Virus record (IMG/VR): IMGVR_UViG_3300012038_000301
Span: 1-28,608 of that record
Strand: one strand, 5' to 3'
Source of the DNA: a virus
Lineage: Duplodnaviria; Caudoviricetes
DNA: 28,608 nt
Part shown: piece by piece, positions 15,851-24,264 of the stretch
Layout of the letters: each line of letters opens with the position of its first letter
How positions within the stretch are numbered: the stretch's first letter is position 1
Notes under the pieces: generated by a model
The model's input: the letters and a program-made list of their open reading frames with translations, nothing else
Told to the model about the DNA's origin: nothing
Databases searched by the model: none
Made by a program: the position numbers and the translations under genes

Positions 15851-17143
15851 ATGGCGACGCTCCCGAACGAGTCCCAGACTCAGGCGATATGGTCCGCGGC
15901 CGTGGATCTCCACGAGGAAGCGCGGAAGTTCGGGAACGTCAACTCGGACAACTACGTCGGCCTGGAGAACACGCTCTCCGACGCTCTGTTCGCCGACCAC
16001 GCGAACGAGGTGCTCGCGGCCCTCACGGCGAACCGGAGAGCCCTCTCGTCGTCCATCGCTCGCGAGGGCGTGGCGGCCGTCTACCGGCCGCTCCTCCGGA
16101 CGTACATGCGGGTCATCGGGAAGCCGATCCGGGCCGACGACCTGATGCTCGACGACCTCTACGACTGGTGCATCGCGAACGCGCGGTACGTCACGTCGCG
16201 AGGCATCTCCTTCGGCGCTGTCTCCGCCGGGACGAACGTCGGCAACGGGACGGTCCACCGCATCACGACCGACGCCCGCGGCTACGGGATCGACGCCGTC
16301 CACGCGGAGACCAAGAGGGCGCGGTGCATCGGCGACGAGCACTCCGGAGCGTCGGAGCACGAGGAGGTGTTCGTCTTCGAGGGTGAGCCCTTCGCGAAGG
16401 ATCTCCTCGAACTCGACGGCTCCGGACTCGTCTCGGGCGCCGTCTCGGCGCTCTCCGCGCGCGCGTCCAACCGCTTCCTCGACAACGCCTCGTTCTCGAC
16501 GCTCGGCGGGGGGACGGATGGGACGCCGACGTCGATCTTCGGATGGGACATCAACACGATCGCGAACGTCGAGCTCGGCCGCGGCAGCGGTGAGTTCTAC
16601 CGAGACTTCCTCGGCGACACGTCGCCCGCCGGACTGAAGCTCAAGGGCAACGCCATCGTCTCGCAGAACCTCAACCGCCGGGCAGTCACGGTGGACCCGC
16701 GGTACCCGTACTACCTCCAGGCCGCGGTCAAGCGCGCCTCCTCGGCCACTGGCACGATCACTCTCCGGCTCGGCGCGTCGAGCGCGACGGTCTCCCTCGC
16801 GTCGCTCACGAACGACGTGTGGAACATCCTGCGGATCGGTCCCGGCACGGCCAACTGGTTCGAGAACTGGAACGAGGAGGACCCCACCGTCGAGATCGAA
16901 CTCTCGAGCTACGGAGGGTCGGGGCACGCCTGGGTGGACGACGTCGTCTTCGGCCCGTTCACGCGGTTCGACATGACCTACGTCGCCGTGGTCGGCGGCG
17001 ACACGCCGTTCCTGCGGGACGACTCGTTCTCGTTCGCGGACACCGACGGCGGCGCCGGGAAGATCCAGCGGTGGCTCTGGCGCACGTTCGGCCGATACCT
17101 CCCGCACTCGACAGGGGCCACCGTCACATGGGCTGACCCGTAG
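15851..17143 (+). CDS. Virion structural protein with a possible carbohydrate-binding-module-like beta-sandwich
   Basis: 430 aa in the structural operon. FLDNASF..GW...WVDDVVF resembles a CBM4/9-like jelly-roll pattern. Confidence 0.55.
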   Translation: MATLPNESQTQAIWSAAVDLHEEARKFGNVNSDNYVGLENTLSDALFADHANEVLAALTANRRALSSSIAREGVAAVYRPLLRTYMRVIGKPIRADDLMLDDLYDWCIANARYVTSRGISFGAVSAGTNVGNGTVHRITTDARGYGIDAVHAETKRARCIGDEHSGASEHEEVFVFEGEPFAKDLLELDGSGLVSGAVSALSARASNRFLDNASFSTLGGGTDGTPTSIFGWDINTIANVELGRGSGEFYRDFLGDTSPAGLKLKGNAIVSQNLNRRAVTVDPRYPYYLQAAVKRASSATGTITLRLGASSATVSLASLTNDVWNILRIGPGTANWFENWNEEDPTVEIELSSYGGSGHAWVDDVVFGPFTRFDMTYVAVVGGDTPFLRDDSFSFADTDGGAGKIQRWLWRTFGRYLPHSTGATVTWADP

Positions 17144-17153
17144 GAGGGGCTGA

Positions 17154-17618
17154 ATGGCGCTCTCCGACGAGGTCTCATCCCGCTACTCGACGTCCCGTCT
17201 AACCGCGCTCACGCGGCAGGACGACCAGACGACGGGGTCCGTGGACACGACAGTCCTCGGCCTCGCCTGCGACGACGTCGCGGCCGAGATCGAAGTCCGC
17301 TGCGGCGTCGCGTACGACAACGCGGACGCCCGGCACGTCGCATACGGGGTCCGGGGCGTCATCGCGCTTCTCGGCTACCGCGCCGGGACGCAGGGCTCGC
17401 AGGCCGCGTGGGACTCGTGGGTCGAGAGCCTCCGGTCACTCGGGCGCGTCACGGGGCAGGACCGGCTCACGCCCGAGACCGGGTCCCCGCTCGAACCGAC
17501 GCCTGACGACGAGGGCAGGACGGCCCCCGTCCGCCCCTACTTCGACCGTCGCCGGACGCAGGGCTACACGCTCGACCCGCCGCATTCCGGCGAGGCGGGC
17601 GAGGACACGGAGGAGTGA
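17154..17618 (+). CDS. Head-tail adaptor, Mu gp36 (DUF1320)-like
   Basis: SRYSTSRLTALT..D....VDTTVL..ACDDVAAEIE....Y pattern. AGGAGG RBS. Confidence 0.7.
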   Translation: MALSDEVSSRYSTSRLTALTRQDDQTTGSVDTTVLGLACDDVAAEIEVRCGVAYDNADARHVAYGVRGVIALLGYRAGTQGSQAAWDSWVESLRSLGRVTGQDRLTPETGSPLEPTPDDEGRTAPVRPYFDRRRTQGYTLDPPHSGEAGEDTEE

Positions 17619-17622
17619 GCCC

Positions 17623-18240
17623 GTGCCGAAGACGGTCGAGATCCTCACCCCCGAGGGGCTCCGGCGGCTCCGAACGCGCCTGCGGAACACCGCGCCCGCA
17701 GCGAGGATGATCGGCATCCTCCTCGTGTCCGAGAGCGCGCGCGCGTTCACGGAGCAGCGCCTCGGCGATGTCCGCTGGCCCGAGAGGTACCCGAACCAGG
17801 CGGAGCCGTTCGTCAACGTCGCGGCCGTGCTCGAGAAGGCAAACCGTGGCATCAAGCCGCGCCCCGGCGACTTCTCCCGGCGGCCGGCGCTCCTCTCGAC
17901 GCGCACCCTCCAGCGGTCCGTCGCGATGAACGTCCGCGGACCAGGGCTCGTCGAGGTCGGCTCCGTCGTTCCGTACGCCGCTCTCCACCATTACGGGGGG
18001 ACGTCGCGGCAGGAGGTCACGGAGACGGCCAAGCTCACGCTCCGCTCGTGGCTCTACACGGCAAAGGGCCGCCTCCGCAAGCAGGCGGCGCCGTACGCCG
18101 AGAAGCTGACGCCGCTCCTCCGGAAGACGCACCACGAGACCGAGGTCTTCGCGCGCCCGTTCATCGGCGTCACCGAGGAGGCTGGCGCGAAGATCACGGA
18201 CATCGTCGAGCACTTCGTCGGCGGAGAGGCCGCGGCCTGA
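17623..18240 (+). CDS. Virion morphogenesis/tail completion protein (Mu gpG / P2 gpS-like)
   Basis: LQRSV....VEVGSVVPYAALHHYGG and ARPFIGVTEE motifs. Confidence 0.8.
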   Translation: MPKTVEILTPEGLRRLRTRLRNTAPAARMIGILLVSESARAFTEQRLGDVRWPERYPNQAEPFVNVAAVLEKANRGIKPRPGDFSRRPALLSTRTLQRSVAMNVRGPGLVEVGSVVPYAALHHYGGTSRQEVTETAKLTLRSWLYTAKGRLRKQAAPYAEKLTPLLRKTHHETEVFARPFIGVTEEAGAKITDIVEHFVGGEAAA

Positions 18241-18824
18241 TGGCGGCCTCCGACGTCGCCACGATCCTCCGGCTCCCTGGCCTGCTGGTCAAGGACCCGA
18301 CGTCGCTCGCGAGCGTGCCGACGCCGGAGGACTTCCGCACGGCCGCGACGATCTTCGGGGGCGCCGTCCTCGGGGTCCTCCGCGGCGTCGAGACTCGCTG
18401 GGTCATCCGCTCCCGCAACGTGGCTGCGGAGGAGTGGGGCGGCGCCGCCGCGGAGCGGCTCTACATCGGCGAGAGCCTCGTCGTCGCAGCGATCCTCCGG
18501 AACTTCGACGCGGACACGCTCTCGGCCGTCTTCCCGAAGACGTCCGCGGGTGCGACCTCGGGCGCCCGCGTCGTGGAGCAGGACCTCTCGTCCGCGTCCT
18601 CGCGCGCCCATGTCCGCCCGGCCCACCGGATACTGTTCGTGCCCGTCGCCGTCGAAACGGCTCCGCTCGTCTACCTCCCGGCCGCCAGGGCGCTCCCGGA
18701 GGCGACGGCGCGGATGGCGCTCGGGCTCGAAGAGGAGAGCGGGATCGGCTGCGTCTGGCAGGCGAGCCCCGACAACGCCGGACTCGTCTACAGGATCGCG
18801 CTCCGAGAGGACATGACGCTGTGA
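18240..18824 (+). CDS. Probable tail tube (major tail) protein
   Basis: TGATG overlap. LGVLRGVE...V.AEEWG......IGESLVV.AIL.NFD..TL resembles siphoviral tube proteins. 194 aa. Confidence 0.55.
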   Translation: MAASDVATILRLPGLLVKDPTSLASVPTPEDFRTAATIFGGAVLGVLRGVETRWVIRSRNVAAEEWGGAAAERLYIGESLVVAAILRNFDADTLSAVFPKTSAGATSGARVVEQDLSSASSRAHVRPAHRILFVPVAVETAPLVYLPAARALPEATARMALGLEEESGIGCVWQASPDNAGLVYRIALREDMTL

Positions 18825-19120
18825 GCGGCCACCCCGCACTCTGGCTCGAGGACGCGCCGTTGGATCGCGCCGCGACGGTGCGCGCTGACCTGCGCGACTT
18901 CCTGCTGGCGGGGGGGACGATCACCCTCGCCGAGTGGGGCGCCATGACCCCGCTCGGACGCAGGCTCGCGACGGAGGCCGGGCGCGACGTCGCCGCAGAA
19001 CGTGTGGACGGTCTCCTCGCCGCCCTCACCGTGGCGCTCCGTGAGACCAGGCTGCGACGGACCATCATCGACGCGGCGGACGCCGGGGCGGCCGAGTGCG
19101 CCGCCGGGGAGCGCCTGTGA
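18821..19120 (+). CDS. Hypothetical protein, possible tail assembly chaperone (99 aa)
   Basis: GTGA overlaps at both ends. Helical, and follows the tube candidate. Confidence 0.5.
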   Translation: MSGHPALWLEDAPLDRAATVRADLRDFLLAGGTITLAEWGAMTPLGRRLATEAGRDVAAERVDGLLAALTVALRETRLRRTIIDAADAGAAECAAGERL

Positions 19121-19917
19121 ACCTCTGGCAGCTACTCCACGAGATCCGCGCGATCCTCCGCGCGGCGAAGTGGGACGACGGCACGACGCCCGTCTTCAGG
19201 GAGTCCTCCGTCATCGTGACGACAGGCCCCGTGCAGGACGTGGCGTTCCTCCAGGGCGCGCCGCTCGCGTTCGTCGTCCCTGGGGACACGCAGGCGGACC
19301 CGCAGCATCGCGACGAGCCCGGACTCGTCGAGCAGAGGATCGCCGTCTCGATCGCCGTCGTCTTCCCGGGCGACCGGCTCGGCGAGAAGCCGCTCCTAGG
19401 CGGCAACCTCGTGGGCGGCACGAACTCGTCGAAGAACCGCGGACTCCTGGAGATCGAGGAGCGCGTCCTCCGCGAGATCGCGCTCCTCTCGACTTCGTCC
19501 GGGGTGCGGATCGTCTTCTCGTCGGCGGGGGCGGGGCAGCCGACGCAAATGGCGGACAGCTACGTCGTCCAGCGCGAACTCTACTTCACGGCGTGGCTCG
19601 GCATCGAACGCCGCTTCCCGGGAGTCGTCGCGCTCTCGGCGAGCGTCGGCGGCGGGAACGTCACGCTGACGTGGCGCCTCCCGACGTCGCGCTTCGACCT
19701 GCTGAAGATCGTCGTCCGGCGCGCGGCTGGGTCCACGGCACCCGCCGCGGTGACCGATGGGACCGGCGTGACACTCGCGAGCGACCTCGCAACGTCCGTC
19801 GTCAACGCGCCCGGCTCCGGGACGTGGAGCTACTCCGTCTTCGCGGGGTACGACGAGAACGGCGTGGGAACGCCGAACGTCTACTCGAACAAGGTAGCCG
19901 TGACGGTGGTGGTCTGA
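19117..19917 (+). CDS. Tail terminator-like protein with a C-terminal fibronectin type III domain
   Basis: N-domain has an alpha/beta terminator-like pattern (PLAFVVPG, GLLEIEERVLREI). C-domain LSASVGGGNVTLTW...IVVRR...GTWSYSVFA is FN3-like. Confidence 0.55.
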   Translation: MNLWQLLHEIRAILRAAKWDDGTTPVFRESSVIVTTGPVQDVAFLQGAPLAFVVPGDTQADPQHRDEPGLVEQRIAVSIAVVFPGDRLGEKPLLGGNLVGGTNSSKNRGLLEIEERVLREIALLSTSSGVRIVFSSAGAGQPTQMADSYVVQRELYFTAWLGIERRFPGVVALSASVGGGNVTLTWRLPTSRFDLLKIVVRRAAGSTAPAAVTDGTGVTLASDLATSVVNAPGSGTWSYSVFAGYDENGVGTPNVYSNKVAVTVVV

Positions 19918-20714
19918 TGGCGACCGAACTCCGCGAAGCGAAGGTCACGGTCCGGATCGCGACGGACGACGCGCTGAAGGAGCTGGACCGGCTCGACGCC
20001 GAGACGAAGGCCCGCCGGGAGGCCGTGGGTGCCGAGGAGAAGCGCCGGCGCGAGGACTCGGCGCGGCGCCCGGACCGGGCCGACGACGCCAGGACGACCG
20101 ACGAGAAGGCGACGGGGCCGAGGGCGACGACGCCAGCGCGCGACGCGGGCGAGCGGGCCGCCGAGCGCGACGGTGAGCCCGCAAGCGGGTTCCGGCGCTT
20201 CGGGAGGGAGGCGACGTCGCGAGGGCGGCAGTTCGTTGATGGACCGGGGACGGCGGCGCGAGCGCTGGGCCTCGAACTCGTCGGGGCGATCCCCGTGGCT
20301 GGCCCGGTCATCCGCGGCGGACTCTCGGCGGCCGACTTCTCGGCGCGGTACGGACCCGCAGCGATGCAAGCGCTCCGCCCGCTCGTTCCAGCCGCAGCGC
20401 AGCCGATGTTCGACGAGGTGCTCGCCGGAGCCCGGTCGGGAGCCCGCTTCGTGGACAGTCTCCGCGCGAAGCTGACCGCCGTGGACACGACCTTCGAGCA
20501 GGTCCGCGCGATGGCCGTGACGCAGCGGGTGTGGGGTGTCAACGTGGACTCTGGCGTGCTCGCCGCGTCGGCGCGGCGGCTCTACGCGGTCAACTACGCG
20601 CTCGACCGGCACCGCATGGTGAAGGAGTCGATCGGCCGGGAACTCGGGGGCGCAGCCCTCGGGGACATCCTCGGCTCGGCCGTCCGTGACGCATTCGCGG
20701 AGGGCGGACGATGA
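19917..20714 (+). CDS. Putative short tape measure protein (265 aa)
   Basis: TGATG overlap. EAKVTVRIATDDALKELDRL start, charged coil, then Ala/Gly amphipathic helices (GAIPVAG). Sits directly before the tail-tip genes. Confidence 0.55.
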   Translation: MATELREAKVTVRIATDDALKELDRLDAETKARREAVGAEEKRRREDSARRPDRADDARTTDEKATGPRATTPARDAGERAAERDGEPASGFRRFGREATSRGRQFVDGPGTAARALGLELVGAIPVAGPVIRGGLSAADFSARYGPAAMQALRPLVPAAAQPMFDEVLAGARSGARFVDSLRAKLTAVDTTFEQVRAMAVTQRVWGVNVDSGVLAASARRLYAVNYALDRHRMVKESIGRELGGAALGDILGSAVRDAFAEGGR

Positions 20715-22054
20715 GCTACTCGCGCGAGTACGCGATCACCTACGGCGACGTGACGGTCGGGGGCACGTCCTCGACCTACCTCCTCACGGACGTCCACGTC
20801 GTCCGTCAGGGCTTCCTCGTCGCCGAGGTGCGGTTCACGTTCGAGTGCATCGGAACGACGGCCACGGCGTTCGCGTCCGCGTGCCGCGCCGCCGAGCGAA
20901 CATTCCGGGAGCCCGACAAGAACCTGCGCGTCCGCCTCGGTGCGTCGGTCCTCGTGGACCTGTCCCAGGAGGCGAACACGGGCCTCGACGCCATGCCGTC
21001 GATCGAGAAGGTGGAGGAGCCAGACGGCGGGCGGGTGCGCCGGTACACGGTCCGGATCGAGATCGGCCTCCCCGGCGGCCGGGCCGACGTGGCGGGGCTC
21101 CGGCGCACGAGCGTCAACCTCTCGTTCTCACCGGCGCGGCGGAAGACGGTCGTCGTCGAGGGAGAGTTCACGGCCGCCGGGAACGAGTCCGCGCGCGGTC
21201 GGTACGAGGCGGCCGTCGGCGCGCTCGCGAGCGCGGCCACGTCGGACATCGGCGGCACGTTCGAGCTCGCTGACGAGACGGCGACGCACTCGACGAACGG
21301 CAAGTCGCTGGTGTTCCGCCGGGTGTACGAGGAGGTCCTATTCACCGAGGGCGGGAGCGGCCTCTCTGACGCCGCGATCGTCCGGCAGCAGTTCCAGATC
21401 GCGGACGAGCAGACGAACTCCGGATGGATGCACAAGGACGCGGCGCCGCTCTACTTCACGACGGTCCTATGGACGGCGTGGATCGACCGCACCGTGTCCA
21501 CAGACCTGCCGGGGAAGTGGAACTCCGTCAAGGAGTGGGCCATCGGGCGCGCCATCGCCATCGCGGCGGGGCAGCTCGCGGTCGTCACGACCATCCGGCC
21601 CGAGTTCGACTACGCCGAGAACCGGATCACGGCCACGATCACGGTTGCGTCGAACAAGAAGGAGCGCATCTCCTACAACCTCGTCATCCGCGACGAGCGC
21701 GACGAGGGGACTGTGCTCGTCCCGGTGTGGAAGGAGGGCACCCGGCTCGCCTACTACACCTACCCCGGGCCGGCCGTCGTCCAGCGCATCGTCGAGGAGG
21801 AGTACCTCATCGCGCGCTTCGTCTCCCGGGACGACGCCGCGCAGGCGCACGCCACGAACTGCGCCGAGGCGACGTCCACGTTCCCGAACCTCGGCGCCCT
21901 CTCGGGAGGCGGGCAGCTCGCGTGGATCGCTCTCCCGTCGCAGGTCGAGAAGGAGAACCTCGAGCTCGGCGTCGATCACGAGACGGCGTACACGCGCGTC
22001 CGCGCGCGCAGCGTCTTCCAGGCAGTCGAGCGCGTCGCGGGGTACTCGACGTGA
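20711..22054 (+). CDS. Tail-tip/distal tail protein (beta-rich, 447 aa)
   Basis: ATGA overlap, position after the tape measure candidate, beta-strand-rich sequence. Confidence 0.5.
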   Translation: MSYSREYAITYGDVTVGGTSSTYLLTDVHVVRQGFLVAEVRFTFECIGTTATAFASACRAAERTFREPDKNLRVRLGASVLVDLSQEANTGLDAMPSIEKVEEPDGGRVRRYTVRIEIGLPGGRADVAGLRRTSVNLSFSPARRKTVVVEGEFTAAGNESARGRYEAAVGALASAATSDIGGTFELADETATHSTNGKSLVFRRVYEEVLFTEGGSGLSDAAIVRQQFQIADEQTNSGWMHKDAAPLYFTTVLWTAWIDRTVSTDLPGKWNSVKEWAIGRAIAIAAGQLAVVTTIRPEFDYAENRITATITVASNKKERISYNLVIRDERDEGTVLVPVWKEGTRLAYYTYPGPAVVQRIVEEEYLIARFVSRDDAAQAHATNCAEATSTFPNLGALSGGGQLAWIALPSQVEKENLELGVDHETAYTRVRARSVFQAVERVAGYST

Positions 22055-24261
22055 GCGGCGGATGCACCCTCAACGGTCTCCCGACGCTCGGCTCGTCGCC
22101 CGAGGGCTGGGCCGAGCGCGTCGGCGTGGACGCGCCGGTGTGGGAGTTCGACGTCTCCCCGGACGTCGCGTCGTCGCTCGCGAAGGGCTACCCGCTCGCC
22201 GTCCCGCTCAAGCTCTCGCCCGGCGCCGGGTCGGCGGGTGACGAGATCGAGGTGGCTGGGCTGGTCTGCATCGGCCGCGCTCCCGGGCACGACCCGAACA
22301 TGGCGCGCGTGCGGATCACCGACCGGCGCTACGTCCTCCCACGCATCGCCATCCGCCGCCGGTACAACGTGCGGCGCACGGTCGGCTCGAAGCGGCTCAA
22401 GCAGATCGACGAGGTCCCCGAGAACGACCCGCTCGCGGACGAGGTTGCCTACCACCCGGCCTCGCTGAACAAGGGGCGCCCGTGGACGGCGGAGGAGATC
22501 CTCGACGACATCTTCCGCCGCGTCGAGCGCGCTCCAGTCGGAGTGTTCGACCCAGGGACAGGGCACCTCATCGACATCGTCAGCGGGGGCGGGGCCGGGC
22601 TCTCGTCCGTCCCCGTCGAGGGCCTAGAACTCTCGGACTCGGCGGACGACGCGATCCGCCGCGTGCTCGCGAGCCTTCCGGGGATGGCCCTCAAGGTGAA
22701 CGCGCGGGGGCAGTTCGTCGTCTTCTCCCGCGTCTCCGGCCGAGAGGCGGACGTCGAGAAGCAGACGCGGCCGGAGAGCGTCCATGGCGGGCACGTCGAA
22801 CTGATCGACAACGGGGCCATCCGCCCCGAGGAGATCCACGTCCTCTTCTCGAGGAAGTGCGAACTGCGGTTCGACTTCGAGGAGAGCGGCACCGTGACAA
22901 CGGACGCGCGGTACATGGGGAACGTCCTCCCCGTCCCGGACTACCAGATCCAGGACGGCGCGCGAACGCTCGCGCAGGGAACGTGGATCGAGTTCCAGAG
23001 TGCCCTCGACGCATGGAACGGCAGCGGCGGGCTCGCCGCGCTCGGACCGCTGACGCTCGGGAAGATCCGCAAGGCCATGGTCCCGTTCCTCGACCCGTGG
23101 ACCGGCGCGCGACTCCACGGGCTCCGTGTCCCGGACGCCGACTGGATGGCGCGCATCGCGGCGGTGGAGCAGCACTTCCGGCAGACGTTCCGGATCAACC
23201 GCCGGTGGATGGACCGCATCGCAGCGATCGAGCCCTACCGCGTGGCCCTCCTCGACCCCACCACCGGGACGCGCGCGCCCGCCGTCGCGTACTCGGACTA
23301 CGCGCTCCTCGGGTCCGCGCGCAGCATGTACGCAGAGGCAATCGGCGACGCCGACATGTCCTACGTCCTCAACGTCGCGCGCTACCCGACGGACGGGCGG
23401 ATCGGGTCCACGACGAAGCCAGCCGCGTGCCGCGTCACGATCGAGGACGCGGACCAGGGCATCCTCCGGCTCGAGTACCTCGTGGACACAGTGCGACTCC
23501 GGGACACCTGTCTCCCGAGCAAGATCGAGATCGAAGGCGACGGCACCAGGCCCGGCGAGAACCCCGCGCACTCCGGCCCGTCCGCGGACCCGAGCCTCGA
23601 CACGTCACGCCCCCCGACGTTCGATGCCGTCTCCGAGACGTCGCCCGAGGCGTCGTGGCAACTGACGGAGCAACACAAGGCGGCCGTCATCCTCACGGCC
23701 GTACCCGCGTATCCGAACGACGAGACGGCGTTTCATCGCGTCGTCGTGCGGCCCCGCGACGTGATGCCGCTCCTCCCCCAGCGGATGCGAGAGTCCCTCG
23801 CGTCGTCCTACGGCCCGCGGCTGGAGATCATCGTCCCGCAGGCCGTCGCGGCGGCGCTCGTCGCGTGGAACGACGACCGGGCATCGGAGATCGAAAAGGC
23901 GTTCGGTATCGGGGTCGCGAACGGGGAGGACATCTCGCGCGCGATCGAACCGCTCACGCTCAACGCAGCGGCGCAAGTGGACATCGGGAACACGGCGGCA
24001 TCACTCAACGCCGTCGCGGTCGCCTACGCAACGGCCGCGTGGTGCGCCTACGCGGACCACTTCGAGGGCTCGCGCGAGACGTCGCTCCGCAAGGTCGAAC
24101 TGGACGGGTGGATGTCGTCGATCGAGCACACGAAGCTCCCGGACGGCCGGATGGTGACCAGGGTCGAGTTCCCCGGCGCGCGGCGCCCGGTGAGCATCTT
24201 CGGCGTGATGGACTCCGGGACGCGCCGCGTCGTCCTCGGGCTCGTCCAGGGAAGGGGCTGA
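22051..24261 (+). CDS. Putative tail hub/baseplate protein (736 aa)
   Basis: Start reassigned to the GTGA overlap at 22051. VRITDRR, WTAEEILDDI and AIRRVLASLPGMALKVNARGQFVVF resemble hub-protein segments. Confidence 0.55.
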   Translation: MSGGCTLNGLPTLGSSPEGWAERVGVDAPVWEFDVSPDVASSLAKGYPLAVPLKLSPGAGSAGDEIEVAGLVCIGRAPGHDPNMARVRITDRRYVLPRIAIRRRYNVRRTVGSKRLKQIDEVPENDPLADEVAYHPASLNKGRPWTAEEILDDIFRRVERAPVGVFDPGTGHLIDIVSGGGAGLSSVPVEGLELSDSADDAIRRVLASLPGMALKVNARGQFVVFSRVSGREADVEKQTRPESVHGGHVELIDNGAIRPEEIHVLFSRKCELRFDFEESGTVTTDARYMGNVLPVPDYQIQDGARTLAQGTWIEFQSALDAWNGSGGLAALGPLTLGKIRKAMVPFLDPWTGARLHGLRVPDADWMARIAAVEQHFRQTFRINRRWMDRIAAIEPYRVALLDPTTGTRAPAVAYSDYALLGSARSMYAEAIGDADMSYVLNVARYPTDGRIGSTTKPAACRVTIEDADQGILRLEYLVDTVRLRDTCLPSKIEIEGDGTRPGENPAHSGPSADPSLDTSRPPTFDAVSETSPEASWQLTEQHKAAVILTAVPAYPNDETAFHRVVVRPRDVMPLLPQRMRESLASSYGPRLEIIVPQAVAAALVAWNDDRASEIEKAFGIGVANGEDISRAIEPLTLNAAAQVDIGNTAASLNAVAVAYATAAWCAYADHFEGSRETSLRKVELDGWMSSIEHTKLPDGRMVTRVEFPGARRPVSIFGVMDSGTRRVVLGLVQGRG

Positions 24262-24264
24262 CAG

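Noticed and set aside
18821-19120. Programmed -1 frameshift of tail assembly chaperones
   Set aside because: No clear XXXYYYZ slippery heptamer was seen near the end of the ORF, and the next gene has its own coupled GTG.
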